Shown: positions 36,301 through 48,460 of the stretch, piece after piece
Position numbering within the stretch: the stretch's first letter is position 1
Layout: every line of letters starts with the position of its first letter
NCBI GenBank assembly: GCA_002269645.1
Contig: NIVC01000337.1
Coordinates: 743,207-807,206, forward strand
DNA length: 64,000 bases
Reading direction: 5' to 3'
Source of the DNA: Macrostomum lignano
Lineage: Eukaryota
Translations under genes and position numbers: made by a program
The notes under the pieces: generated by a model
What the model was told of the DNA's origin: nothing
Seen by the model: only the letters and a program-made list of their open reading frames with translations
The model's database searches: none

Positions 36301-37401
36301 ACCCGATAACTTAATCAAGTAAAAAGTTATAGATTAAAAAAATAGGAGTATTCAAACATATAAAAAATACAAAAAATAGACTTCACTTTTATATTTACTC
36401 TTTTAAAAACAACAAAACGTAACTCTTTGCTTTAATCGTTGAAGTTTTAACGGTGTTTTAAATATTTTGGTCCAGACTTGCATATAATAATGCGTAGAGC
36501 CTAATTAAGAAGCTCAATTGAGACAAAAAATCCACTGTTAGCCTATTACTAACATTCAGCTTAAAGCAATAAATCTATTCTAGTTAGCTAGACTAGGGGT
36601 AACAGGGCTCCGTCCTTACTAATACTAGGCTGACATGCCTTCGACTTATCTATCCTAGTTCATTAATTAGCCCTAGCATTAGGAATTGACGAATCGTGAA
36701 TAGGCCTTGGCAGGCATAAAATGTATATATGTATGTATATAATATACTATAAAATGTATTGATTTTATGCTATTTGTCTATTTGTCTTTGATTTTTTCAA
36801 GAACTAGGGGGGGGGCCTATCTGACCATTTTTTCAAATTAGGTTAGCTTTAAAAAGTAGTATTTTTTCACAATCATGAATCGAATCATGCATGAATTTTT
36901 TATAAAAGTTTCAAATTGGAAGGGCCTAGGTCAAATATACTCAAATAAACAATTTTTTATGCTTTCAATATTTGAATTTTAAATTTGAATGTCTTTTATA
37001 GATAGGGACTTAATGCACTAGCCAAATATTAATTTAAAATTATCTTATAGTTATATTATAATCTGCCTAGTGCTAAAGCAATTTTATACTAATGTTATTG
37101 AATAGAGTTCTGCTGTAACTAAATTTTTCTAGTATCTTATATCTTGGAATTTTTCCTATAGCTTATCCGTATAATATGATATTAATATCTAATATTTAAT
37201 TATAGCTAATAAACTTCCTATAACTGTTGTACAATGCCAAGACCTAAACTTTGATAGATGCCTTGGAGAGGCAGCTAGACGCTACATATGTGGCCATGTT
37301 ACATGTGGCATTTGGAGTATATAGCAATATAGAGAATGAGACCAAAGTTATATTCCATATAAAGATGCACCTAATGTTTAATGTGGCTTTCTGACTTGCT
37401 A

Positions 37402-38755
37402 CTTCGCCTGTCTGGAAAGTCGTGAGAATGTGTCAGTCAAGCAAGAAAGCAGCAAGCTGATGACATGGCACACATAAAATTTCAATAATAGACTTATAGA
37501 TGTATATGGTGAAAATTCTTGTTATTCTAGCAGCAAAATTGGGGGCAGGGGCGAGCTCAGCATAAAGTGCTCAATAACCAATGCAACGCGGTGATCAAGC
37601 TTGAAAAATCTAATAGCGAGTTCGTCAAAATGGAAGATTTCCAGGCTTATGCCTACGCTAGATACCGTCTTGGAATCTCTGCTATTAGTTGTTATGACGA
37701 ACTACTTAAAGTTTATGGAGATGCCGCACCAGGTCATTCAACGGTTTACAGATGGTACTCAAAGTTCCGTGATGAAGCATTTCCCCTGGCCTCAGCTCCT
37801 CGGACTGGCCGGCCACGGTCAACAAGGACAACGGAACTGATCAAAACCTGCCGAGCTCTCGTTGAAGAGGATTCAAAAGTTAGTGTCCGAGACCTCGCCG
37901 ACTTTTTGGAAGTTGGTAAAACAACAGTGCACGAAATTTTGATTAAGGATTTGCACCTTCGAAACGTTTCTGCTATCTGGGTTCCTCATGCTCTATCTGA
38001 GGAGAACAAGACTGCTCGCATCAATTGTGCCAAGTAAATCCGCAGGCTTTTTTACAACAAGGGGGTGGAAAACTTTTGCGACAAGTACGTGGTGGAAGAT
38101 GAGACGTGGGTGTACCTGAACAACACTGGCACAAAGCAAAACAACAGGTGCTGGCTTGGCCAATAGGGATCATCGGCCCCAGGTTGTCAGGCACTCGGTC
38201 GGGAATGCAAAGACAATGCTTCTGGTTGCTTTCACTCCAAGCAAGCGCTTCTCCATTAAATCCACAGCCCCGAAGCAAACTGTTGATGCAGATGGCATAG
38301 TTGAGTTCATTCAGCACACGGGAGACCTATGGCGTACTCTGAGGTCAAAGCCAATTCACCTGTCGGATGTTCTTTGGCAGTGGGACAATGCGCGACCTCA
38401 CGTAGCTCATTCTGTGCAGCAGTACATTGGAGTCCCGTGGAGTTCAGCTGGTGTTTCAGAGTCCTTACAGCCCAGACTTCAATCTGTGCGACCGTTTTTT
38501 GTTCAGTTGGATGAAGAATGATTTCTCCAGGTGAGTATTCAGCGACCACAATGAAGTTCGAGAAGCTGCGTTGCAGTGGGCAAGAGGCCTTGACGAAGAT
38601 TGCTTAAAAAGAGAGGTTCAGCGACTTGTTGACCATTGCCAAGCTGTAATCAATGCAAGGGGAGATTACATTACCAACTAGTGCTGTTATCGTGTTTTCT
38701 GATAGTTCTGACTGGTTTTTTAAATACATTCTCACGACTTTCCGGACAGCCGAAG
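37402..38755 (+). mobile_element. Mariner (D34D) transposon, full length but defective, 1354 bp
   Basis: About 30-bp TIRs CTTCG(C/G)CTGTC(T/C)GGAAAGTCGTGAGAATG, flanked by TA on both sides; encloses a transposase pseudogene. Confidence 0.92.
37630..38681 (+). pseudogene. Mariner transposase pseudogene
   Basis: HTH ..STVYRWYSKF..RTGRP, WVPHAL, VEDETW, WDNARPH, SPYSPDFNLCDRFLF (34 residues between the second and third D after frame correction). Stops at 38035, 38164 and near 38532; frameshifts near 38170 and 38430. Confidence 0.9.
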
Positions 38756-40379
38756 TATATAGGCAATGAATTCAACTAGCTAGCCATATAATCTAGTTAG
38801 AGGCCCAAAGTTGCTATAAAAAATGCTACTGCTCTATCAAGCTGTAGTTACAAGGATTGCACAGGCAAGGCTAAGGGCAAATAGGCCCCTATATTTTTTT
38901 ATTCCCTCTCCTCTCTTCTTTGTCCCCTTTTTTCTCCTTTCTTTCCTTCTCTCTCCCCTCTTTTCTTTTCTCCTTCTTACCAATTTTTCCCTTTTTTCTC
39001 CATTCTCTCTCCTATTTCCTTTTCTTATATTATTAAGTAACTGGAGTAACAAAATCTCCAATTTGTACCAATATCAACAAAGACTATTTATCAATTGGTT
39101 TCCAAGAAGCCTCCATTGCAATCTAGCCTTCTTTGATAGTGATAGATACTAGGTAGCTTTCCCATTGGCTTCATTTATCATAAGCCCCTACTATCCTAAC
39201 CACAATATATATGATATAAAAATTGTTTGATTCCTTGACTCTAAGTACTTTAGAGCTCCTTTTGTATTGAAAGTAAAAACACACATGTTAACTTTAACCT
39301 CCTTCCTTATTCAAATCTCAGTGTACATATAATTTCAAAATTTTCTTTGTTGCTCCCACACTCTGGATCATGTAGTTTTTGGGCATGCATTGGCCTTGTA
39401 CACCAAAAGTAGGTGTGCACATTTGGTGTGTATCACTCTTAAAAAATAGTATGTGTGTATACCTGGTTATGCACTTCATAGAATCATGCGGAAAAATTAT
39501 TGTAAAACAGAAAAAAGATGAAAAAAGTTCATTTTTAAGCATAAATTTCAAGTATTCTGGGTTTTTAAGCTTGTAAAAAGGCATTTAAACAAATATTTGC
39601 TTATATCAATTTTCCACTGTAAACATTATTGCTGAAAAAGTAGAAAAATCAATGAAATTACCTTCTTAGAATGGGCATGCACTCAATTTTTTTGGCGTGC
39701 ATTTGGAACAGTTTGATTTTTGTTCAGGCATGCACCTAGTATGATGTTTAAGTCCCCAACCCTAGGAACCTAAAAGCTCCCCCTACATTGAAAGTGAAAA
39801 CATTCATTGTAACATTAGCTTCTATCACCCAACCACAATATGGATGTAGCATCAAAACTCTATTGCAAAGTCTCCAAATCTATGCAGGGACTTAAGAGCT
39901 TCTCTTGGAAAGCAAAAACATTTGTCTTAATATATAATTTGTTTAAAATGGTTATATAATACAAAATGGTCTTAAAACATAAGGGCTCAATTGATTTATT
40001 ATAACCAATGAAGGATATAATTAAGAAAAGGTAAGGTAAGCTAAGGAATTTTTTTCCAAAATGCTAGCTTGCTCTTTTAACTAATGTTCTAAGCCTTAAA
40101 AACAAAATAGAAATAGAAAAAAGCAAGTATTAAGCTTATAATGTGGCTCCCACACTCATTTTGGCAAAATTAGCTTTGTCTACTTCTAAATTAGTCTAAA
40201 ATATACTTTCTAAAGCCTGTATAAAATTAAAACAAATGCTTTTAAATGTGCTATTATGAATTTTTATCCATGATGCAATTAAGGTAAAAGGCAGTTTTGA
40301 GGTGTCTCCTTTTTAAGAGAACTAGAAAAATATTGTGTATATAAAATATGATTGCTAACAAAATAAAGGGATAAAAGAG

Positions 40380-40483
40380 TAGTAGTTCTAAGAGTGTTGC
40401 ACTCACAACTAAAAGTTTGGAGGTTCAATTCTCAACCCATCTAGAACAATTTGTGTCCTTATGCAATTGAGGGTAGGTGTGTC
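40380..40483 (+). mobile_element. Decayed SINE copy 3 (head plus deleted body)
   Basis: GAGTGTTGCACTCACAACT..GGTTCAATTCTC..AGAACAATTTGTGTCC..AATTGAGGGT aligns with copies 1 and 2, with CpGs replaced by TG/CA. Confidence 0.65.
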
Positions 40484-41224
40484 CATGGGCGTAGGAACAT
40501 TTCAAAAAGTAGGGGGGGGGCAGGTTCAGTGGCGGATTAAGGGGGAAGGGCACACAGGGTGCACTCCCCCTGTTGAGTTAGATTTTTCTATTTTTATGGA
40601 GAATGCACATTATCATATAGCAATTATTTTTAGAATTGGTGTTATCAGCACTCATTTTAGCGCTACAGGCACCCATTTTAGCACCGCAGGCACTCATTTT
40701 AGCGCTACAGGCACCCATTTTAGCACCGCAGGCACTCATTTTAGCGCCACAGGCACTCATTTTAGCGCCACAGGCACTCATTTTAGCGCCACAGGCATCC
40801 ATTTTAGCGCCACAGGTACCCATTTTACCGCCGCAGGCACTCATTTTAGCGCCGCAGGCACCCATTTTAGCGCCGCAGGCACCCATTTTAGCACCGCAGG
40901 CACTCATTTTAGCGCCGCAGGCACCCATTTTAGCACCGCAGGCACTCATTTTAGCGCCACAGGCACTCATTTTAGCGCCACAGGCACTCATTTTAGCGCC
41001 ACAGGCATCCATTTTAGCGCCACAGGTACCCATTTTACCGCCGCAGGCATCCATTTTAGCGCCTGGCGCTATGTTTTGTCACCCTGCAGCAAAATGCATT
41101 TATGCAAAGCAGCAAAAATAAGAGTAAAAAATAAGCAAAAAGTCTACATTTTTGCATTTAAAATGTGAAGGGGCCAAATACCATTACTGGCCCCACTGTC
41201 CCCCCCCCCGTTCCTACGCCTATG
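40484..41224. mobile_element. hAT-type MITE, 741 bp
   Basis: 15-bp TIRs CATGGGCGTAGGAAC / GTTCCTACGCCTATG (1 mismatch) and a perfect 8-bp TSD GGTGTGTC at 40476-40483 and 41225-41232. Confidence 0.85.
40650..41065. repeat. Minisatellite, 21-bp unit CATTTTAGCGCCACAGGCACT, inside the hAT MITE
   Basis: About 19 copies. Confidence 0.96.
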
Positions 41225-41408
41225 GGTGTGTCCATGGCAATCTAGTTATTGGACTGAATGGAATGCATAGCTGGCTTTTTATTGTTAATATTGTAAATAC
41301 TAAGCCCAAAAATAGGGCCCTGTATTGAGTGTTTTCAATGAAATTTGAGCCATCCCGATTCACTGTTACATGCCCAGTCTCAAAACTAACTCATGCCTGC
41401 GCACTGAC

Positions 41409-44400
41409 ATGACCAGCATCAGTGTGGTGCCACTGGGTGCTGGCCAGGATGTTGGCCGCAGCTGCATCCTTGTCAGCATAGCCGGCAGGCGCATCATGTT
41501 CGACTGCGGCATGCACGCCGGCTTTCAGGATGACCGGCGATTCCCAGACTTCACCTACATTACTAAGCAGGGCAGCCCCAATGACTACCTGGACGCCGTT
41601 ATTGTGTCCCACTTTCACCTGGACCATTGCGGCGCCCTGCCCTACTTCACTGAGATGGTTGGCTTTGATGGCCCGGTGTACATGACCTACCCGACCAAGG
41701 CCATCTGCCCCATCCTTTTGGAGGACTATCGCAAAGTCACCATGGAGAGAAAGGCTAGCGGAGAGCAGATTAACTTCTTTACTAGCGAAATGATTAACAA
41801 GTGCATGGCTAAGGTGAGTTGTTTATACATTTCACAGGATCCTCTCAGGTTAGACCTGTTCTTTTGAAGATCTTTTCAAGTAGGCTGCCAGCGCTACCTT
41901 CCCAGTTCCTCAGTTACTAGGCCATCGGCTCCCTCCCAGTTCCTCAGTTACTAGGCCATCGGCTCCCTCCCAGTTCCTCAGTTACTAGGCCATCGGCTCC
42001 CTCCCAGTTCCTCAGTTACTAGGCCATCGGCTCCCTCCCAGTTCCTCAGTTACTAGGCCATCGGCTCCCTCCCAGTTCCTCAGTTACTAGGTAATCGGCT
42101 CCCTCCCAGTTCCTCAGTTACTAGGCCATCGGCTCCCTCCCAGTTCCTCAATTACTAGGCCATCTGCTCCCTCCCAGTTCCTCAGTTACTAGGCCATCGG
42201 CTCCCTCCCAGTTCCTCAGTTGCTGGGCCACCGCCACCCTCCCAGTTCCTCAGTTGCTGAGCCACCGCTACCCTCCCAGTTCCTCAGTTGCTGGGCCACC
42301 GCCACCCTCCCAGATCCTCAGTTGCTGGGCCACCGCTACCCTCTCAGATCCTCAGTTGCTAGGCAACCGCAAGCCTCCCAAATCCCCAGTTGCTAAGCCA
42401 GCCTCCAAGATCCTCAGCTGCTGGATTACCGTTACCTGTCAGACCAGGACGATCTCGTACACTTTCTATTCCCAACGCCCCAGGTGCGGCCAGTCAGCCT
42501 GCACGAGGAGGTTCACGTGGACGCAGACCTCGTCATCAAGCCGTACTACGCCGGTCACGTGCTTGGCGCGGCCATGTTTCTGGTGCGTGTCGGCGATGCC
42601 CAGTCCGTGCTGTACACGGGCGACTACAACATGACCCCAGACCGGCACCTGGGCCCCGCCTGGGTGGACCGGTGCCGGCCCAGCCTGCTAATTACCGAGT
42701 CAACCTATGCCACCACTGTGCGCGATTCGAAGCGTTCGAGAGAGCGCGACTTCTGCGAGAAGGTACAACGGTGTGTTGAGCAGGGCGGCAAAGTGCTCAT
42801 ACCGGTGTTCGCACTGGGCCGAGCTCAGGAGCTCTGCATCCTGCTTGAGACCTACTGGGAGCGGATGAACTTGAAGGTGCGAACTGATTTTGATTGTTTA
42901 ATTTTCACTGCTTGGGACTGGAATATAGATAAAGCAATGCATAAATGAAAGCAATAAAACTTAATTGCCCGAAATTTGGTTTGGAGATGATTGCAGGTAA
43001 TAAAACCACCTGAAAACTACTAATTAACCTGGTGAATCGAAATAATAAAACCAACTGATAACTAATTAACCTGGGATTGTCGACAATAAAACCACCTGAT
43101 AACTAATTAACCTGGGAATGGGGCCAATAAAACCACCTGATAACTAATTAACCTGGGAATGGGGACAATAAAACCAACTGATAACTAATTAACCTGGGAT
43201 TGTCGACAATAAAACCACCAGATAACTAATTAACCTGAGAATGGGGACAATAAAACCACCTGATAACTAATTAACCTGGGAATGGGGCCAATAAAACCAA
43301 CTGATAACTACTAATTAACCTGGTGACTCGAAATAATAAAACCAACTGATAACTTAACCTGGGATTGTCGACAATAAAACCACCAGATAACTAATTAACC
43401 TGGGAATGGGGACAATAAAACCACCTGATAACTAATTAACCTGAGAATGGTGACAATAAAACCACCAGATAACTAATTAACCTGGGAATGGGGACAATAA
43501 AACCACCTGATAACTAATTAACCTAGGAATGGGGACAATAAAACCTCCTGATAACTAATTAACCTGGGAATGGGGATAATAAAACCTCCTGATAACTAAT
43601 AAACCTAGGGTCTTGACCAGTTAGATAATAAAATAACTTAGGGGTAACTAACTTTAATATTATATCTGGACTTGAAATCAATAAAAAACTTAGAAACTTA
43701 GAAATTATAAGAAACCCCCTGATAATTAGGTTAAATAGCGCTTGGAGGTGATGAGCTAAACCATTCACTAACGAATTACTATCTCGCCTGAGGCCTGCTG
43801 CGAATCCTTGACTTGGAACTGACTGCAAATAAAATCTTCACGTGAGGTGTACTTTTATCAGATGCCAATCTTGTCTACAATATATAGCGATGTTCTAAAT
43901 TTAGTTCTAGTTCAAATGCGTTAGGTGCATTATTATTAGGGCTGTTTGTGTTTTGCGTGTCTGGGAGGCGACGCCCATGCTGTTTTGTCTCCCATTCTAA
44001 CCTGTTTAACTACAGGACTGTTAGGAGCACTGTTGGTCACACCCTATCCGAATAATGGCGTAGGCCAGGACACATTAGCTTAAATTGATGGCATCCTAAA
44101 TTTGGACCTTGACCCAGGATGACAGCTGGCGCTGTGATTCTGACCTCTGGTATCAATCTTAATATTTCAGCGAGAAGTCCCGGTTTGAGATTAGAATCCT
44201 GTCCAGTGTATTTTAAAGAAAATATATATGCGGTTTTTCGGGATTGAGCGGGGATATACATGCTCAACACCCGGCTGACGAGAAGACTTGGCGAGAAGTC
44301 TGGTCTGGTCAAGGTAAGTCGCAAAAATGCCGACTCGAAAAATACGTCAGTAGTACTAATTAGATGACGAGGCATTTAGCCTTGATAATACAGACCTATT

Positions 44401-47311
44401 ACTCCTAACTTTTACCCAAAATTAGGTTTATTTTGCTTTAGGGTTTCTTTCATAGTAAGTCGCATTTTTGGTCAAAAAGTAAGTCACTTGTGGGAAAAAT
44501 TTTGAATTTGGGCATGTATGACTGCGAGGATCGGGATCCTGTCCTACCTCTATGAATTCGCAGTCCCCTCGCGATCCGCACCAAAAGGTCCCCATCTACT
44601 TTTCAACCGGCCTGGCCGAGCGGGCCAATCACTACTACAAGCTGTTCATCGCCTGGACTAACGAGAAAATCAAGCAGACATTCGTGGACAGAAACATGTT
44701 CGATTATAAGCACATCCGGCCGTTGCACGACAAGAGCGTCATTGACAACCCCGGGCCAATGGTGGTGTTCGCCACGCCTGGCATGCTGCACGCCGGCCAG
44801 TCGCTGCAGATCTTTAAAAAATGGGCGCCAGACGAGCGCAACATGGTGGTGATCCCCGGCTACTGCGTGGCTGGCACTGTTGGCTATAAAATTATTAACG
44901 GTGCCAAGAAGATCGAATTGGGGAAGCAGTCTCTGGATGTGCGCATGGCTGTTGAGTACCTGTCCTTTAGTGCTCACGCGGACGCCAGGTGAGCTCCTGG
45001 TACGCCACTCCGGGAACTATGAGTCTTTAGTCTAGGGATTCTGATCCCTATCTTCATTGTCTGACGGACTTTGATGTCCTTAATCTTAGGGACTCTAACA
45101 CTTTAATCTATCGGATTTGATCCCTAATATAGAGTATTGAGAGTCTTGATTATGGTAGGCGACTTCTTCAACTTGAGAATTCTATTCTTAGCCTAGGGAC
45201 TCTGATCCTTAGCCTAGGGACTCTGATCCTTAGCCTAGGAGCTCTGATCCTTAGCCTAGGAGCTCTGATCCTTAGCCTAGGAGCTCTGATCCTTAGCCTA
45301 GGAGCTCTGATCCTTAGGCTAGGAGCTCTGATCCCTAGCCTAGGAGCTCTGATCCTTAGGCTAGGAGCTCTGATCCTTAGCCTAGGGACTCTGATCCTTA
45401 GGCTAGGAGCTCTGATCCTTAGCCTAGAGACTCTGATCCTTAGCCTAGGAGCTCTGATCCTTAGCCTAGGAGCTCTGATCCTTAGCCTAGGAGCTCTGAT
45501 CCTTAGGCTAGGAGCTCTGATCCTTAGGCTAGGAGCTCTGATCCTTAGGCTAGGAGCTCTGATCCTTAGCCTAGAGACTCTGATCCTTAGCCTAGGAGCT
45601 CTGATCCTTAGCCTAGAGACTCTGATCCTTAGCCTAGGAGCTCTGATCCTTAGGCTAGGAGCTCTGATCCTTAGCCTAGAGACTCTGATCCTTAGCCTAG
45701 GAGCTCTGATCCTTAGGCTAGGAGCTCTGATCCTTAGGCTAGGAGCTCTGATCCTTAGCCTAGAGACTCTGATCCTTAGCCTAGGAGCTCTGATCCTTAG
45801 CCTAGGAGCTCTGATCCTTAGCCTAGGAGCTCTGATCCTTAGCCTAGGAGCTCTGATCCTTAGCCTAGGAGCTCTGATCCTTAGCCTAGTGAATCTGATC
45901 CTTAGCCTAGGAGCTCTGATCGTTAGCCTGGGACTGTGGTCCCCAGTCCTCGGGACTCAGACGCAAAACTCAGAGCAGACTTTAAATAAATGCAGTAAAT
46001 CCGATCTCAGATCTGGAGATTCCAAGCCTACGACCGTATATTTAGGAACATTGATACCACCAAAGTTCTTAAAACCCCAAGGCCAAGCCCTAGAATTCTA
46101 TTTAGATCCCTATCAAGTTCGCTTCCCACCCTCGCCACTGGCCTGCAGGGGCATCATGCAGCTGGTCCGCATGTGCCAGCCCAGGGCGGTCATGCTGGTC
46201 CACGGCGAGAGCGCCAAAATGGACTTCTTGCGCCAGCGAATCCAGCAGGAGCTGCAGCTGCCAGTATTAAAGCCGGCTAATGGCGAGTCAGTTGCCATAG
46301 AAACCGAGCAGGTCATGGTGGTGGAGGCGCCGGTCGGCCTGCTTCACCGCAGAGACTGGTCCGAGCCGGCCAGGCTGCGGGCCGGCCTGCTGCTGCCGCC
46401 TTCCGAGTCTACGCTGCCAGCCAAGCGGCCCCGCCTGCTAGCGAGAGACGCGGCGCTGAAGGAGGCAGGATTAGCCGAGCATAGCCTGCGGTTCACCACC
46501 AGTCTGAGCCTGTGGTCGCCGCACTCGCAGTTGTCGGATCTGGTGACTAAGGTGAGGTTTTTAATCATTTAATATATTTTTACCTGTCTAGATTCGATAT
46601 TCGCTTGTCTAGATTCGGTATTTACCTGTCTAGATTCGGTATTTACCTGTCTAGATTTTGTATTTACCTGTCTAGATTTTGTATTTACCTGTCTAGATTC
46701 GGTATTTACCTGTCTAGATTCGGTATTTACCTGTCTAGATTTTGTATAACCTGTCTAGATTGGGTATTTACCTGTCTAGATTCGGTATTTACCTGTCTAG
46801 ATTCGGTATTTACCTGTCTAGATTCGGTATTTACCTGTCTAGATTTTGTATTTACCTGTCTAGATTTTGTATTTACCTGTCTAGATTGGGTATTTACCTG
46901 TCTAGATTCGGTATTTACCTGTCTAGATTCGGTATTTACCTGTCTAGATTCGGTATTTACCTGTCTAGATTGGGTATTTACCTGTCTAGATTCGATATTC
47001 ACCTGTCTAGATTCTGTATTGACCTGTCTGGATTTAACTAACAGTTGCTAAATTCTATTCCCTCCTCCCGGCTGCAGGTTCATGCAGTCTGCGCCAGGGC
47101 CGTCGGCGACCGGCTCGCCCAGCTGCAGGACGGCAACACCATCAGCGTCTTAGACCGGGTCACCGTGCTGGTCAAGCCGCTGCCGCCGGTAGGCAGGCAG
47201 CAGAGAGACAATTTCCAGCTGCTGGTGTCCTATTCATTTGAAAACGAGGACCTTGGTTCGAGGCTATTCTCGCTGCTCAAACAGGAGGCTAAGATTGAGC
47301 AGAGTCTTTGA
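41409..47311 (+). CDS. INTS11: Integrator complex subunit 11 (CPSF73-like metallo-beta-lactamase/beta-CASP endonuclease), 611 aa
   Basis: Exons 41409-41813, 42484-42876, 44588-44988, 46149-46551, 47078-47311; phases 0,0,2,0; 1836 nt. Motifs [82 protein letters not shown]. Confidence 0.95.
41895..42420. repeat. Intronic minisatellite, 34-bp unit CTCCCAGTTCCTCAGTTACTAGGCCATCGGCTCC
   Basis: About 15 copies, drifting toward the 3' end. Confidence 0.95.
43000..43600. repeat. Intronic minisatellite, 41-bp unit AATAAAACCACCTGATAACTAATTAACCTGGGAATGGGGAC
   Basis: About 14 copies. Confidence 0.95.
44355..44417 (-). other. Isolated 28S rRNA-derived fragment matching the R2 retrotransposon target site
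   Basis: Minus strand GGGTAAAAGTTAGGAGTAA...TCAAGG-CTAAATGCCTCGTCATCTAATTAGT versus the conserved eukaryotic LSU sequence GGGTAAACGGCGGGAGTAACTATGACTCTCTTAAGGTAGCCAAATGCCTCGTCATCTAATTAGT (recalled); 23-nt exact match in the 3' part. Confidence 0.75.
45190..45930. repeat. Intronic minisatellite, 21-bp unit TTAGCCTAGGAGCTCTGATCC
   Basis: About 35 copies. Confidence 0.97.
46580..47030. repeat. Intronic minisatellite, 21-bp unit TTTACCTGTCTAGATTCGGTA
   Basis: About 21 copies. Confidence 0.96.
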
Positions 47312-47699
47312 TTAGCTCTAGTGAATGTTTTATTCAACTTTCGATACACTTCGGCAGTTCGCATCGCAAAATTCCTTTTCAAATTTTGCTCCTATTAAAA
47401 CTGATGCATTTGCTCATCTGTTCTATAGCCTGTTCTCTTGCATAAATGCTGACATTTCTACTTACAGTAGGAACATTTGCGCAACTGTTTGTAAAAAAGC
47501 TATTATATTGTATCGAATCCAGTTGCTGATACTAAAAGAATTTGACTTAAAAAAAGAAGCTGCAGCAATCGCCTCTGGCGTTCTACAAGCAGATCAATTA
47601 AATTTGCATCCTCATCCTGTTTTTTTTACCCCAGGCTGCCTCAGATTCGGAATTGCAATGCGTGTACCCCAGCCCCAAGCCAGGCCGATAAACAGTTAG

Positions 47700-48460
47700 G
47701 CTTACTGCTTACTGCTCTCTCATAGGCTGAGCTAGATTAGGCCTGCCCCTAGGCGAAGTTTCGTCCGCCTGACTGATCTTTCTCTCCTTACTGCTCTCTC
47801 ATAAGCTGAGCTATATTAGGCCTGCCCCTAGGCGAAGTTTCGTCTGTCTGACTGTGACCTCTCTCCTTACTCATCTCTCATTGGCTGAGCTAGATTAGGC
47901 CTGCCCCTAGGCGAAGTTTCGTCCGTCTGGCTGATCTTTCTCTCCTTACTGCTCTCTCATAGGCTGAGCTAGATTAGGCCTGCCCCTAGGCGAAGTTTCG
48001 TCCGTCTGGCTGATCTTTCTCTCCTTACTGCTCTCTCATAGGCTGAGCTAGATTAGGCCTGCCCCTAGGCGAAGTTTCGTCTGTCTGACTGTGACCTCTC
48101 TCCTTACTCATCTCTCATTGGCTGAGCTAGATTAGGCCTGCCCCTAGGCGAAGTTTCGTCCGTCTGGCTGATCTTTCTCTCCTTACTGCTCTCTCATAGG
48201 CTGAGCTAGATTAGGCCTGTCTCTAGGCGAAGTTTCGTCTGTCTGACTGTGACCTCTCTCCTTACTGCTCTCTCATAGGCTGAGCTAGATTAGGCCTGCC
48301 CCTAGGCGAAGTTTCGTCTGTCTGACTGTGACCTCTCTCCTTACTCATTTCTCATTGGCTGAGCTAGATTAGGCCTGCCCCTAGGCGAAGTTTCGTCCGC
48401 CTGACTGATCTTTCTCTCCTTACTGCTCTCTCATTGGCTGAGCTAAACTGGGCCGCCCCC
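47700..48460. repeat. Tandem repeat, 79-bp unit with two subtypes
   Basis: About 9.5 copies around GGCTGAGCTAGATTAGGCCTGCCCCTAGGCGAAGTTTCGTC. Confidence 0.95.

Noticed and set aside
47610-47699. Strong acceptor TTTTTTTACCCCAG after INTS11, as a possible alternative last exon
   Set aside because: No matching donor identified before the INTS11 stop, and downstream frames are short with no recognisable content.
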